From an uncultured bacterium (GTDB lineage: Bacteria; Acidobacteriota; Aminicenantia; UBA2199): a DNA stretch of 64,000 nt. Below, piece by piece: positions 9,410 through 19,568 of this stretch; position 1 is the first letter of the stretch, and each line of letters starts with the position of its first letter. A program made the translations under genes and the position numbers. Below the pieces are notes generated by a model. That model was not told the origin of the DNA. It saw only the letters and a list, made by a program, of their open reading frames with translations, and ran no database searches. The stretch spans positions 81,900 through 145,899 of the forward strand of contig CALODR010000004.1 in assembly GCA_942492175.1 (NCBI GenBank), in the 5' to 3' direction.

Positions 9410-12400
9410 TCATTTAATTGTCTCTTCTATCCATTTGGACCTGTCTGGATCTTCCGGTTGTTTAACCTTTTTAACCGGGTTCTTCTTCAATTCATTGAGA
9501 AGATATTTTACTGCTGCTTCGATCCCGGGATCGATCCCTTTTGCCACGAGATGGGGAGTATCTATCACTTCGATATCGGGATAGACTCCGATACCTTCCA
9601 CAGCCCATTTTCCGTCGGTGTCAAAAAATCCGAAGGTGGGGACATTAAAACTTCCGCCGTCTACAAATCCGGCATTGCCGGAAAGTCCGACAAGCCCGCC
9701 CCAGGTCCTTGTTCCTATGAGAACACCGAGACCTCTCTTCTTAAAGAAGTACGGGAAGGCATCTCCGCCTGAACTTGCATAGTGGTTGATAAGCATTGCC
9801 TTAGGCCCTTCATGAAGTACTCCGGGTGTTCTAAAAGGCTCAACACCTCCAACTGCCCAATAGGCCAGGGTTTTTCTGCCGAGGAGGTCAACCATTACAT
9901 CCGGGATGAATCCCCCGCCGTTATATCTGTCATCGATGATCAGGGCTTCTTTATTGTGAAATGCATACATCCCCTTGAACAATTCTCTGTTCCCTTCGAA
10001 AGATGTGTTCGGAGTATGTATATATCCTATCCTTCCGTTTGACAATTTATCTACAAGCGCCCTTCTGGATTCAACCCAGTCCAGGTAGAATAGTTCCAGT
10101 TCACTGCTGATCGGTTTGATCTTATACTCTTTCTCTCCGCCGGCATTCGAAACTACTATTGATATCCTCTTCCCGACTGTGTTCTCAAGGAACATGTAGG
10201 GATTATCTTTTGTGGTAACGTTCCTGTTATTGATGGAGATGATAGTATCACCCTCTTTAATGTTGATCCCCTGTTCTGTCAGTGGAGATTTTCTGGAGGA
10301 GTCCCAGTTCTCTCCTCTGAATATTTTCTTTATTATATATCTTCCTGATGCTACATCGGCGGTAAGCTCTGCACCGAGAAGTCCTGTATCCAACCGTTTA
10401 ACTTTTGGGAAATCTCCGTAGTTAACATAGCAATGGCCTGTGTTGGATTCACCTACCAGTTCTCCGAAGAGATAATCAAGGTCTGCACGGTGTTTTACAT
10501 AGGGGAGAAGTTTTTTATACCTTTCACCCATTTTCTTCCAGTCAACCCCGTGGAGGTTCTTTGCATAGAACCAGTCACGGAATATTCTCCACCCGTCATT
10601 ATAAATCTGTTTCCATTCCTTCACAGGTTCGATCTTCATCACAAGATCACATAGTTTCAGCTTCCCGGCTCCCGGCTTGTTTCCTGGCTTTATTGAAATT
10701 ATCCCATAGTCTTTTCCTGATCTGTAAAGGCCTTTCTTTTTGTCAGCTGAGAGAACGATGGCTCTTACATTCGACAGGATGCTTTCCTCTTTTTTCTCCG
10801 AGATGTCAAATTTATAAAGAGTGCCCATCCTGTTATATATAACTCCTCCTTCAACAGATTCAATATTGAAATAATTTGAACTGGGAATGGGGAGTGCGAC
10901 AATCCTGCTGTCAGCATTATCAAAGTCCACTTCAACTTCAGAAGGAGTTTTGTTTTTCTTTACTTCCGGTTTCTTTTTTTTACTCTTTAGTGCTGATATT
11001 TTCTTTACTTCTTCCACATCTTCCTTGTCTTTTAACAATGGGGGGGTATCTTTGCTTAGAGAGAGGGCGAAAATTTTTGAAGCCTTGTTGTAAACATAGT
11101 CAAATTCATAGGATGAGAATGCAAGGTTAAAATCTCTATCTGAACGGAAGAACATATATTGTCCGCATGTTGAAAATACGGGAGAGTCATCATTGAACCT
11201 GTCATTTGTAAGTTGGGTTGCTTTGTCAGCGGCAAGAGAATAGACCCATATTGCATTAAGGTTGTTGTCGCTGTCCTTTGAATAGGTGACCCATTTTGAA
11301 TCGGGCGACCACGAATAATCAAAGATATCGTTGCTCCTCCCCTTGCCTGCTATTGTCTCTTTCTTTGTTGCTATATCCAGTATCTTTAATTGGTGAGTCC
11401 TGTCCGCATATAGGAGTTTTGTACTGTCGGGTGACCATAAAGGATTATATTTCCAGGCCGAACTCCCTTTTGTCAACTGGACCGGCGGATTGTTCATTTC
11501 TGCATCCTGAATATATATCTCATATTCTCCGGTCATGTCGGAAGTAAAAGCGATATATTTCCCGTCTGGTGACCATTCCGGGTTCATATCTCTTATTCCC
11601 TGGGTTCTGGTTAAGTTAACTATTTCTCCGTGCTCTGCCGGGACGGAAAAAATGTCTCCCCTTGCATCAAAGAGAGCTCTCTTACCCGTTGGAGAAATTG
11701 ACATTCCCCGAATATTGTCTTTGACATTTTTAAAATAGGGGAGAGTTGATCTCCCGTCAAAATTTATAAAAACAGGTATCTTTGATTCTTTTCCTGATTC
11801 GAGATCAAGTTTCATCAGATAACCGCCGTTCTCATAAACGAGGAGGCTCCCTTCTCCGGAGGGCCACATTACATCATACTCGGTGTGCTTGGTGATCTGT
11901 TCTGATCTTCCGCTTTTCAGATCATATGAGTGGATGTTGAGTGTCAGGCTTTCATCGGAGGCATAATATATTTTATCTTTATACCATGAAGGTATCTGGT
12001 CACTTCCCTTGAATGTTGTCAATTGTTTTGAAAAACTTTTCTCCAGGTCGTAGACCCACACATCGGACGCTCTTCCGCCTTTATACCTTTTCCATGTTCT
12101 GAACTCTCTTCCAATAGGGGTATAACAGATCTTTTTACCGTCGGGAGAAAAACTTCCGAATCCGCCTTCCGGTATTTCCAGAGGTGTTTCGAATCCCCCC
12201 TCTCTGTCCACAAGAAAGTATTTCCCCACCCTTTTACCAAAAGGTGTCCTGTTTCCCCGGAAAAGTATTTTGCTGCTGTCCGGTGTCCAGTCGAGTACCA
12301 CATAATCCCATCCGCCTCTCGGGGGCATGTAACCGACATCATTATAATATGTCAATTGTTTAGGGGTGCCTCCATCACTTGGCATCACATATATTTGTCT

Positions 12401-12655
12401 TGATCCGGAATACTCTGCGGAAAATGCAATCCATTTTCCGTCCGGAGATATCTTTGGAAAAAGTTCCATACCCTCATGTGTAGTTAGATGTTTTGCTTGT
12501 CCGCCACCAGCTGGAACAGTCCAAATGTCTCCTGCATAAACAAATGACACAAGGTTGCCGTTAATATCGGGGAATCGCATCAGTCTGGCCTCATCAGTTG
12601 AGAAACCGAAACTTATAATTGATAAGAATATAATAACAAACAGAATTTTTTTCAT
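9410..12655 (-). CDS. Tricorn protease homolog (beta-propeller + PDZ + S41 peptidase domains)
   Basis: 1081 aa with a signal peptide. The N-terminus (FPDINGNLVSFVYAGDIWTV) and repeated WD40/TolB-like ...SPDGK... blades match tricorn. A PDZ-like region and a C-terminal S41 catalytic region follow. Confidence 0.85.
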   Translation of the reverse strand: MKKILFVIIFLSIISFGFSTDEARLMRFPDINGNLVSFVYAGDIWTVPAGGGQAKHLTTHEGMELFPKISPDGKWIAFSAEYSGSRQIYVMPSDGGTPKQLTYYNDVGYMPPRGGWDYVVLDWTPDSSKILFRGNRTPFGKRVGKYFLVDREGGFETPLEIPEGGFGSFSPDGKKICYTPIGREFRTWKRYKGGRASDVWVYDLEKSFSKQLTTFKGSDQIPSWYKDKIYYASDESLTLNIHSYDLKSGRSEQITKHTEYDVMWPSGEGSLLVYENGGYLMKLDLESGKESKIPVFINFDGRSTLPYFKNVKDNIRGMSISPTGKRALFDARGDIFSVPAEHGEIVNLTRTQGIRDMNPEWSPDGKYIAFTSDMTGEYEIYIQDAEMNNPPVQLTKGSSAWKYNPLWSPDSTKLLYADRTHQLKILDIATKKETIAGKGRSNDIFDYSWSPDSKWVTYSKDSDNNLNAIWVYSLAADKATQLTNDRFNDDSPVFSTCGQYMFFRSDRDFNLAFSSYEFDYVYNKASKIFALSLSKDTPPLLKDKEDVEEVKKISALKSKKKKPEVKKNKTPSEVEVDFDNADSRIVALPIPSSNYFNIESVEGGVIYNRMGTLYKFDISEKKEESILSNVRAIVLSADKKKGLYRSGKDYGIISIKPGNKPGAGKLKLCDLVMKIEPVKEWKQIYNDGWRIFRDWFYAKNLHGVDWKKMGERYKKLLPYVKHRADLDYLFGELVGESNTGHCYVNYGDFPKVKRLDTGLLGAELTADVASGRYIIKKIFRGENWDSSRKSPLTEQGINIKEGDTIISINNRNVTTKDNPYMFLENTVGKRISIVVSNAGGEKEYKIKPISSELELFYLDWVESRRALVDKLSNGRIGYIHTPNTSFEGNRELFKGMYAFHNKEALIIDDRYNGGGFIPDVMVDLLGRKTLAYWAVGGVEPFRTPGVLHEGPKAMLINHYASSGGDAFPYFFKKRGLGVLIGTRTWGGLVGLSGNAGFVDGGSFNVPTFGFFDTDGKWAVEGIGVYPDIEVIDTPHLVAKGIDPGIEAAVKYLLNELKKNPVKKVKQPEDPDRSKWIEETIK

Positions 12656-12814
12656 AGTACCTCCGTACAGCCGATCAAAGAACCGGCAATATGTAATAAT
12701 ATTCTACGATGACCATATATAAAAGTTTTATTTTTAATGAATCGATGAAAAAGGTGAAACATTCCGGAAAGGAGGGTTACGGTTCTTTGAGCAGTGTTAT
12801 AAATCAACTATGAC

Positions 12815-13534
12815 CTAATATGATGTCTTTTCCGGATCGTTAATAAGCAGCATATCTTCATCCCGGATATTTTTGTTCATCCTGCTGAGATCTGTTTCTT
12901 TTTCAATACCGGAGATGGTTGCATTCTCGGTGTACTGCCAGAGATGCCATATCTTCCAGCCCTCCGGGATGCTCGGATCGTCAACCCCGTATTCAGCTAC
13001 CCAGAGAGGATATCCGGAAAGATGTCTACGGAAATGTTTGTCCCAGAAACGTGGAGCGGTATAAATAATTGGTTTAACCCTGTAATGGGCCTCCAGCAGG
13101 TCAAGAAATTCCTTAAGTTTCGGGTACAGTTTTCCTTCTGTTCCGTGTCCCACCAGCTCGATATCAACAATCGGCCTTAAATCCCCCGGTCCCAGCTTTA
13201 CATTTTCTATAAAGAATTTCGCCTGCCTCCCCGGGTCATCCTCGGTCACATAGAAATGGTAAGCGCCGCGGATCACTTTCATATCTTTCAGAACGTGCCA
13301 GTACAAATCAAATTTTTTATCCTTCAGGTCTTCTCCCTCGGTTGCCTTTACAATAATAAAACCGAAGTTCTGTGCCAGTACCTTGTCCCACTGGATATCA
13401 CCGGAATGCCAGGATATGTCGATTCCTGTGAGTGGTTCTTCTGTTTTCATGGTCAGGGATAGAACGGAATTTGGGGATGGGATCATCAGAAGAAACACAA
13501 TAAAAATCATTATCGGATGTCGATAAATTTTCAT
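12815..13534 (-). CDS. Glycoside hydrolase family 25 lysozyme (muramidase), secreted
   Basis: 239 aa with a signal peptide. The GH25 signature is present: GIDISWHSGDIQWDKV...FIIVKATEG...GAYHFY. Confidence 0.75.
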   Translation of the reverse strand: MKIYRHPIMIFIVFLLMIPSPNSVLSLTMKTEEPLTGIDISWHSGDIQWDKVLAQNFGFIIVKATEGEDLKDKKFDLYWHVLKDMKVIRGAYHFYVTEDDPGRQAKFFIENVKLGPGDLRPIVDIELVGHGTEGKLYPKLKEFLDLLEAHYRVKPIIYTAPRFWDKHFRRHLSGYPLWVAEYGVDDPSIPEGWKIWHLWQYTENATISGIEKETDLSRMNKNIRDEDMLLINDPEKTSY

Positions 13535-13678
13535 TTTATGCCTCTCTTATGAATTTAACATAAATCCGCATTCTGCACAATCGATATTTCATGCACAATG
13601 GGGATTCATTGATTAAAAAATTAAATATTGATAGAATATTTTTGAAGGGGCAGTCGGAAGTTTAAAGCCTGAAAAAAT

Positions 13679-15952
13679 ATGATCCGGAAAAAGAAAATAA
13701 AAGGACATGATTTCGGAACCGCACCGGTTTTTCTGGCAGCCATCAGTACTATATTGGGAGCGATTCTTTTTCTCCGGTTTGGTTTTGCCGTTGCCCATAC
13801 CGGGCTTCTCGGATCATTTCTGATAATTCTTATCGGACACGCAATCACCATTCCGACAGCTCTTGCTATTGCAGAAATTGCGACCAACCTGAAAGTGGAG
13901 GGTGGCGGTGAATATTTTATTATCAGCAGGTCTTTCGGCCGGACAGTAGGCGGGACAATCGGAATATCGCTATATTTTTCACAGGCTATTTCTGTGGCAT
14001 TTTATATGATTGCTTTTTCAGAAGCATTCACACCTCTTTTCCCATGGATTAAATCCCAGATTCATATTAATCCTGAATTATGGATGATAAGTTTACCGGC
14101 AGCTGTGATATTAATCCTGGTAATACTAAAAAAAGGGGCTAATATAGGTGTGTCTCTTCTATGGATCGTTGCTGTCACACTGGGAATTTCCTTGCTGTTC
14201 TTCTTTCTGGGAAAGCCCTCCGGTTCTGTTCAAAACTTAGATCTTTTTGCGAAAGTGGAAAATCCCACCAGTTTTTTTATTATATTTGCAATCGTTTTTC
14301 CGGCATTCACCGGGATGACAGCGGGAGTGGGCCTTTCAGGAGATCTTAAGAACCCGCGAAAATCAATTCCCCTCGGAACTCTAAGTGCTACAGTTGCCGG
14401 GATGCTTATCTATTTTCTTATAGTTATTAAGTTAGCGTGGAGTTTATCTCCGCAGGAACTTGCTGCCGACCAGTTTGCGATGAGTAAAATTGCCTTGTGG
14501 GGCCCTGTAATCTTTATCGGACTGGCCGCGGCAACTATATCTTCCGCTATCGGATCTATCCTGATAGCACCCAGAACGCTTCAGGCACTTGCGTCAGATG
14601 AAATATTCCCATCCAGCACGATCAATAATTTTTTAAAAAAGGGAAGGGGAGAAGTGAATGAACCTGTTAATGCAACAATCATCACTTCTGTGATCGCAGT
14701 TCTATTTATTTTAATGGGGAGCGTGGATTTTGTTGCCCAGATCATAAGTATGTTCTTCATGATAACCTACGGCTCGCTGTGTCTTGTCAGTTTTCTTGAA
14801 CATTTCGGTGGTAACCCGTCCTACCGTCCAACATTCCGCTCCAGATGGTATTTTTCACTGATCGGTGCGATTGCCAGTTTCCTCATGATGTTCCTTATGG
14901 CTCCGGTATACGCTCTGATCGCATTCATTACAATAACTTTGATATATTTAGGTCTTAGAAAATCATCCGAAGGAGAGGACGACCTGTCAGCCATGATCAA
15001 AGGTGCTATGTTCCAGTTGACACGAAGGCTGCAGGTTATCATCCAGAAGAAGCAGCCACAGGAAATGCTGACAAACTGGCGTCCGTCACTAATTGCTATT
15101 TCACGAGACACAATGGTCCGCCTGGCGCCATTCGATCTGTTACGCTGGATATCCGATTATTATGGATTTGGTACTTATATACACTTCATAGAGGGACCCT
15201 TGGACCATAAAACAAATGAGCTGGCGAAGGAAGGACTCAACAGGATGATCGGTCAGGCCACTGACAGCCATGCAGGGATATATGTTGACACCATCATATC
15301 TCCATCTTTCAAAACTGCAGTAGCGCAGATCGTTCAGATCCCGGGGATTGCAGGGATGGAGAATAATACGATTCTATTTGAATTTAATGAGAATAAGCCC
15401 GCAGATATTAAAGATATTGTTGACGGCTGCCATTTTGCTGCTGTGGTAGATTTTAATATTACTGTCCTGAGATCATCTGAGAGACATTTCGGGTATAAAA
15501 AAAGGATAGACATCTGGCTTACTCCCGGTGATTATCGGAATGCCAGCCTGATGATCCTGCTTTCCTATATTATGAAGGGGCATCACGACTGGTCCGGATG
15601 CAATATTACCCTTTTTGCGGCATTTGATGAAAAGGATATGAATCGTCAGGTTGCCCATCTGAATAAACTGATCGATATCGGGCGTATTCCCATATCAAAG
15701 AAAAATGTTCAAAAGATACCATGGAAGAAGAACAAGATCACTTATGAAAAACTGGTGAATGACAACTCGGCTGAAGCTGATCTGGTTTTGATGGGATTCT
15801 CTCTAACCAAATTAACGGCCGAAAAAGGAGAGTTTTTTACCCGGTTTAATGAAATTAATGATATCCTTTTTGTTAATGCGGGAGAGAAAATTGTCATTAC
15901 TGATATAGAATCGAATCCCCATCCTGACAAGCCGGCCCTTATTGCAGATTAG
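13679..15952 (+). CDS. SLC12-type cation-chloride cotransporter (APC superfamily) with cytoplasmic C-terminal domain
   Basis: 757 aa with about 12 TM helices followed by a ~300-aa soluble C-terminal domain. GGGEYFIISRSFGRTVGG matches the conserved GGAYY(L/M)ISRSLG motif of CCC/SLC12 transporters. Confidence 0.65.
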   Translation: MIRKKKIKGHDFGTAPVFLAAISTILGAILFLRFGFAVAHTGLLGSFLIILIGHAITIPTALAIAEIATNLKVEGGGEYFIISRSFGRTVGGTIGISLYFSQAISVAFYMIAFSEAFTPLFPWIKSQIHINPELWMISLPAAVILILVILKKGANIGVSLLWIVAVTLGISLLFFFLGKPSGSVQNLDLFAKVENPTSFFIIFAIVFPAFTGMTAGVGLSGDLKNPRKSIPLGTLSATVAGMLIYFLIVIKLAWSLSPQELAADQFAMSKIALWGPVIFIGLAAATISSAIGSILIAPRTLQALASDEIFPSSTINNFLKKGRGEVNEPVNATIITSVIAVLFILMGSVDFVAQIISMFFMITYGSLCLVSFLEHFGGNPSYRPTFRSRWYFSLIGAIASFLMMFLMAPVYALIAFITITLIYLGLRKSSEGEDDLSAMIKGAMFQLTRRLQVIIQKKQPQEMLTNWRPSLIAISRDTMVRLAPFDLLRWISDYYGFGTYIHFIEGPLDHKTNELAKEGLNRMIGQATDSHAGIYVDTIISPSFKTAVAQIVQIPGIAGMENNTILFEFNENKPADIKDIVDGCHFAAVVDFNITVLRSSERHFGYKKRIDIWLTPGDYRNASLMILLSYIMKGHHDWSGCNITLFAAFDEKDMNRQVAHLNKLIDIGRIPISKKNVQKIPWKKNKITYEKLVNDNSAEADLVLMGFSLTKLTAEKGEFFTRFNEINDILFVNAGEKIVITDIESNPHPDKPALIAD

Positions 15953-16051
15953 ACAGCTTGTTTTTCCGGTAATAAAATAGTTTCCTTACAAATTGAATAA
16001 AGCAGGGACTCGGTAGGTTAATATTTTTTATGTAAAATCCTTTCTTTTTTA

Positions 16052-16879
16052 CTAAGTCGATGATGACGCAATGATATCGATGAGTTTACTGCAACCCCCG
16101 TTCTTTATGAATTCAGAATGATTCTTTATGGTGCCGAAGGAGCTTTCCGTTATATTTTTACACTCCATTTTGAATCCGGTCTCTTCATAAAATGTTTTTA
16201 ACATATTTGCAAGTATTGGATCTGAGAGAGTGTATTTATAATTGCCCTCTCTGACCCTCTTCAGGGTATTCATCCAGATCGCAGCAGCAAAAGCCCCGCA
16301 AGCGTTCCCGCTTAAACCTATTCCACCTGCAAGACCAGCTACTATTGCTATTTCCTCTTCACTTCCGCCCATTTTTCTGACCGTTTCAGATGCACAGCTA
16401 ACCGGTTTCTCCGGAAGAGCTGTCTGATCCAGTGAGAGTCCCACTTCCGCCGCTTCAAACACTTCGGGTGCCCACTTCTCTGCCAGTTTAAAGCAGGTAA
16501 ACATTTTCCCGGTGATCATATATTTGAAAATACTTATTTTTTTTGACCAGTTAACATTGGTAATTTCACTGCAGTCTGCTGTATTTGTCCGATTTATGAA
16601 CGAATTCAATACATGAGCGGTTGAATTCATTGCCATTCCGATTGACTTGTCCAAATTACCTGTCCTTCGATAAGATTCCGCCCCAAGTGCCAGTGTAGCT
16701 CCCCAAAGCATTCCGCACTGATACCCCTGCTGAACAATTCCGCCTGCCAGAGGGTCAGCTGCCTGCTCTTCGTTATCCATTGAATGGCCGAATTCTCTGT
16801 TCAACAGATAGAAGAATGTGGTGAGATGTCCTTTTTTTAAAATCTCTTTTTTTTTTTTGTTTGAAAATCCTTTTCTCAA
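16052..16879 (-). CDS. C_GCAxxG_C_C family protein (putative redox-active)
   Basis: The pattern of the C_GCAxxG_C_C family is present: GYQCGMLWGATLALG and GNACGAFAAAIW, plus C-terminal Cys residues. The true start may be the internal Met near 16780. Paralog at 41655-42107. Confidence 0.55.
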   Translation of the reverse strand: MRKGFSNKKKKEILKKGHLTTFFYLLNREFGHSMDNEEQAADPLAGGIVQQGYQCGMLWGATLALGAESYRRTGNLDKSIGMAMNSTAHVLNSFINRTNTADCSEITNVNWSKKISIFKYMITGKMFTCFKLAEKWAPEVFEAAEVGLSLDQTALPEKPVSCASETVRKMGGSEEEIAIVAGLAGGIGLSGNACGAFAAAIWMNTLKRVREGNYKYTLSDPILANMLKTFYEETGFKMECKNITESSFGTIKNHSEFIKNGGCSKLIDIIASSST

Positions 16880-17013
16880 TTGTGTGATAATTTTTGAAAT
16901 ATTATAATTCTAATTACTAACGATTTGAAATATATATATCTATTTTATATAAATAAAAAATAAAACAAAAGTGGTTGTATTAAATTAGAAAAGACCGGGT
17001 AATGATTAAAATG

Positions 17014-17049
17014 GGGACAGACACTTTTTTGAATTATTACTAAGACACA
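17014..17049. repeat. 35-36 bp direct repeat, copy 1 (GGGGACAGACACTTTTTTGAATTATTACTAAGACA)
   Basis: Identical to 17925-17960. It ends 140 nt upstream of the metallophosphoesterase start codon. Confidence 0.8.
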
Positions 17050-17188
17050 TACTTCCTCCAATTTTTCCCTTGATGATTTTAACGGGAAGATTAATTTTAT
17101 TGTAGGGATAACGATTTACAAGGTTATTTTTTAGTTTTTATGTCCCCTAATGGTATTCGGTACGTTATAATTAATATTAGGAGATAGA

Positions 17189-17920
17189 GTGAAAATTGCG
17201 GTCTTGTCAGATATACACGGGAATATTCCTGCACTGGAAGTGGTGGCTGAGGATATTAAGCAAAAAAAGGTTGATCTGATATTCAATCTCGGGGATCATA
17301 TTTCAGGTCCCCTATGGCTGGGTGAGACAATAGAATTTTTAATGAAACAGGATTGGATCCATATTGCCGGGAATCATGACCGAAATCTGATCGATCTGAA
17401 TTTCGATAAGATGGGGCTCTCTGACCAATATGCATCAAGGCATTTAAATGAAAAAGGGCGAAAATGGTTGAACTCACTCCCGGCCATCTACAAGGATGGG
17501 AATATCCTGGGGTTTCATGGGACTCCTTCGAATAATAACCTCTATCTGCTTGAGACGGTCTGGAACGGAAGAGCAAGGTTATCAACGCCGGATGAGATCA
17601 GGTCAAAAATGGGAGGTGTTGAAAGCCAGGTAATTCTATGCGGCCACACTCATATTCCACGTATCATTTCCTATAAATCATCGATTATTATTAATCCAGG
17701 CAGTGTGGGATTGCAAGCATACGATGATACGGAACCTGAATATCATATTATGGAAACAGGGACGAATCAGACCTGCTATGCTGTACTTGATATGGGAAAG
17801 AATATCTCAGCGGAACTGGTCTTTCTCCCCTATGATCACAAAAGTGCGGTCATACAAGCACTGAAAAATGACCGACCCGACTGGGCAAAAGGGCTCGAAT
17901 CAGGATATATATCAAAATAG
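17189..17920 (+). CDS. Metallophosphoesterase (calcineurin-like, YfcE-type)
   Basis: 243 aa carrying the metallophosphoesterase motifs DIHGN, GDHISGP and GNHD...H. Confidence 0.75.
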   Translation: MKIAVLSDIHGNIPALEVVAEDIKQKKVDLIFNLGDHISGPLWLGETIEFLMKQDWIHIAGNHDRNLIDLNFDKMGLSDQYASRHLNEKGRKWLNSLPAIYKDGNILGFHGTPSNNNLYLLETVWNGRARLSTPDEIRSKMGGVESQVILCGHTHIPRIISYKSSIIINPGSVGLQAYDDTEPEYHIMETGTNQTCYAVLDMGKNISAELVFLPYDHKSAVIQALKNDRPDWAKGLESGYISK

Positions 17921-17924
17921 AGAA

Positions 17925-17960
17925 GGGGACAGACACTTTTTTGAATTATTACTAAGACAA
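17925..17960. repeat. 35-36 bp direct repeat, copy 2
   Basis: Identical to 17014-17049. It begins 5 nt after the metallophosphoesterase stop and ends 148 nt upstream of the S41 peptidase start. Confidence 0.8.
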
Positions 17961-18107
17961 TTTCTTTAAACTTATGATGAACTTCTCCCTGAAAAGTTAT
18001 TGAATAAAATGTTCACACCTATAAGATGCTCCTGTTGATACGGATGGTGGATAATGGATCAATGTCTCAGTCATTTCCCATGAAATATTTTTTTTATTTG
18101 GTGTAAA

Positions 18108-19568
18108 ATGGGTGCAGGGGGATATGTGAAGAAACCGTTTATTATTATACTGGCCCTGTTGATCTCATCCGGTCTATTCTCAGCCGGGAATGGTGTAGGG
18201 GAAGAGGGGAATAAGAGGATTAAAAATGAACTGCTGAAAAAAGATCTGATATTCCTGGTCCGGTCTCTGGAGGAGGTCCATCCCGACCTATATGCAAATT
18301 ATAAGCGTGATCAGTTTAAAACAGAAGTAAAAAAAGTTTCTGAGCAGATAAAAGGGGAACTCAGCCCCATCGATTTCTATCAACTGATCGCTCCGTTGGT
18401 GGCAAAGTTTCAGGATGCACATACCACTGTTGGTATACCTTATCTTCAGCTGGCGGAGTATGTAAGGCGAGGAGGGAAGATTTTTCCTTTTGATGTGGAT
18501 TGCCGATCGGGAAAAGTGATTATCAGAAAAAATTATTCTGCTTCTGTCAGAATCAGCCCCGGCATGGAGCTTATCTCTGTGAATAAGATCTCCTCAATTC
18601 AAATTTTAGAAAAATTCGCCTCCTTTCTCAGTTCCGGGTCACTAAAATTCCGCCGGGTCCTGGCCGGTGATCTGTTTTCAGCCTATCTGTATCTGATATA
18701 CGGATTTGGTTCCGATTTCGAATTGGAATTGAAGGAGAGTGGAAGAGCTGTTCGATTCAAAGAGGTGCTCCCCGGTATCACTCTTCAGGAAATTAATAAA
18801 AAAAGGAGACAGGGTGAAAAAGAATTAGTAATGAAATTTAATTATAAACAATACCCGGAAGAGAAAGCCGGTTTGATTACTATTGACTCTTTCTCCGGTT
18901 CCGGAAATTATACAGAATTTCTAAGCGAGACATTTAAAACAATCCGTCAAGAGAAAATAAAGAATCTTATCATCGATATCAGGAAGAACAATGGCGGTAA
19001 TTCCCAACTTGTATGGATCCTTGCAGGTTATCTGACCGGGAAGGAGATCAATCTGGTATCAGAGACCAGGGTTAGAGCAAGCCGCCAGATAAAACAGATG
19101 TTCCGGGAGAGGATGAAAAAGGCAGATAGGAAAAAAATGAGTCCGGAGGCATTAGAATATCTTAAAATGATCTTTGAAGCGGCTGACGGAACAATACTGA
19201 AATTGAAACCTGAAAAGAGGGTGCCCCGTTCCAACAGTCTCCGTTTTCAAGGTAAAGTGTATCTTTTAACTGGGATCCGGACTTTTTCATCAGCGGTACT
19301 TTTTGCGGCAGCTTTTAAGGACCATGGGTGGGGTCTTATAGTGGGAGAGGAGACAGGAGCGCCTGCTTCACATTTTGGTGAGATCTTCTCCTTCAGATTG
19401 CCGAACTCTAAACTTAATATCAGGGTTGCATACAAATACTTCATCCGTCCAAGCGGAAGGACAGGCCCGGAGGGAGTGATCCCGGATATAAGGGTATCAG
19501 AAGACAGAGCTCTGGATATCGTTCTGGATCTTATCAATAAAAAACAGATAATGAATGAGGTAAAGTAA
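18108..19568 (+). CDS. S41 family peptidase (tail-specific/tricorn-core-like), secreted
   Basis: 486 aa with a signal/TM segment. The S41 catalytic region is present: IIDIRKNNGGNS...LTGIRTFSSAV. Confidence 0.7.
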   Translation: MGAGGYVKKPFIIILALLISSGLFSAGNGVGEEGNKRIKNELLKKDLIFLVRSLEEVHPDLYANYKRDQFKTEVKKVSEQIKGELSPIDFYQLIAPLVAKFQDAHTTVGIPYLQLAEYVRRGGKIFPFDVDCRSGKVIIRKNYSASVRISPGMELISVNKISSIQILEKFASFLSSGSLKFRRVLAGDLFSAYLYLIYGFGSDFELELKESGRAVRFKEVLPGITLQEINKKRRQGEKELVMKFNYKQYPEEKAGLITIDSFSGSGNYTEFLSETFKTIRQEKIKNLIIDIRKNNGGNSQLVWILAGYLTGKEINLVSETRVRASRQIKQMFRERMKKADRKKMSPEALEYLKMIFEAADGTILKLKPEKRVPRSNSLRFQGKVYLLTGIRTFSSAVLFAAAFKDHGWGLIVGEETGAPASHFGEIFSFRLPNSKLNIRVAYKYFIRPSGRTGPEGVIPDIRVSEDRALDIVLDLINKKQIMNEVK

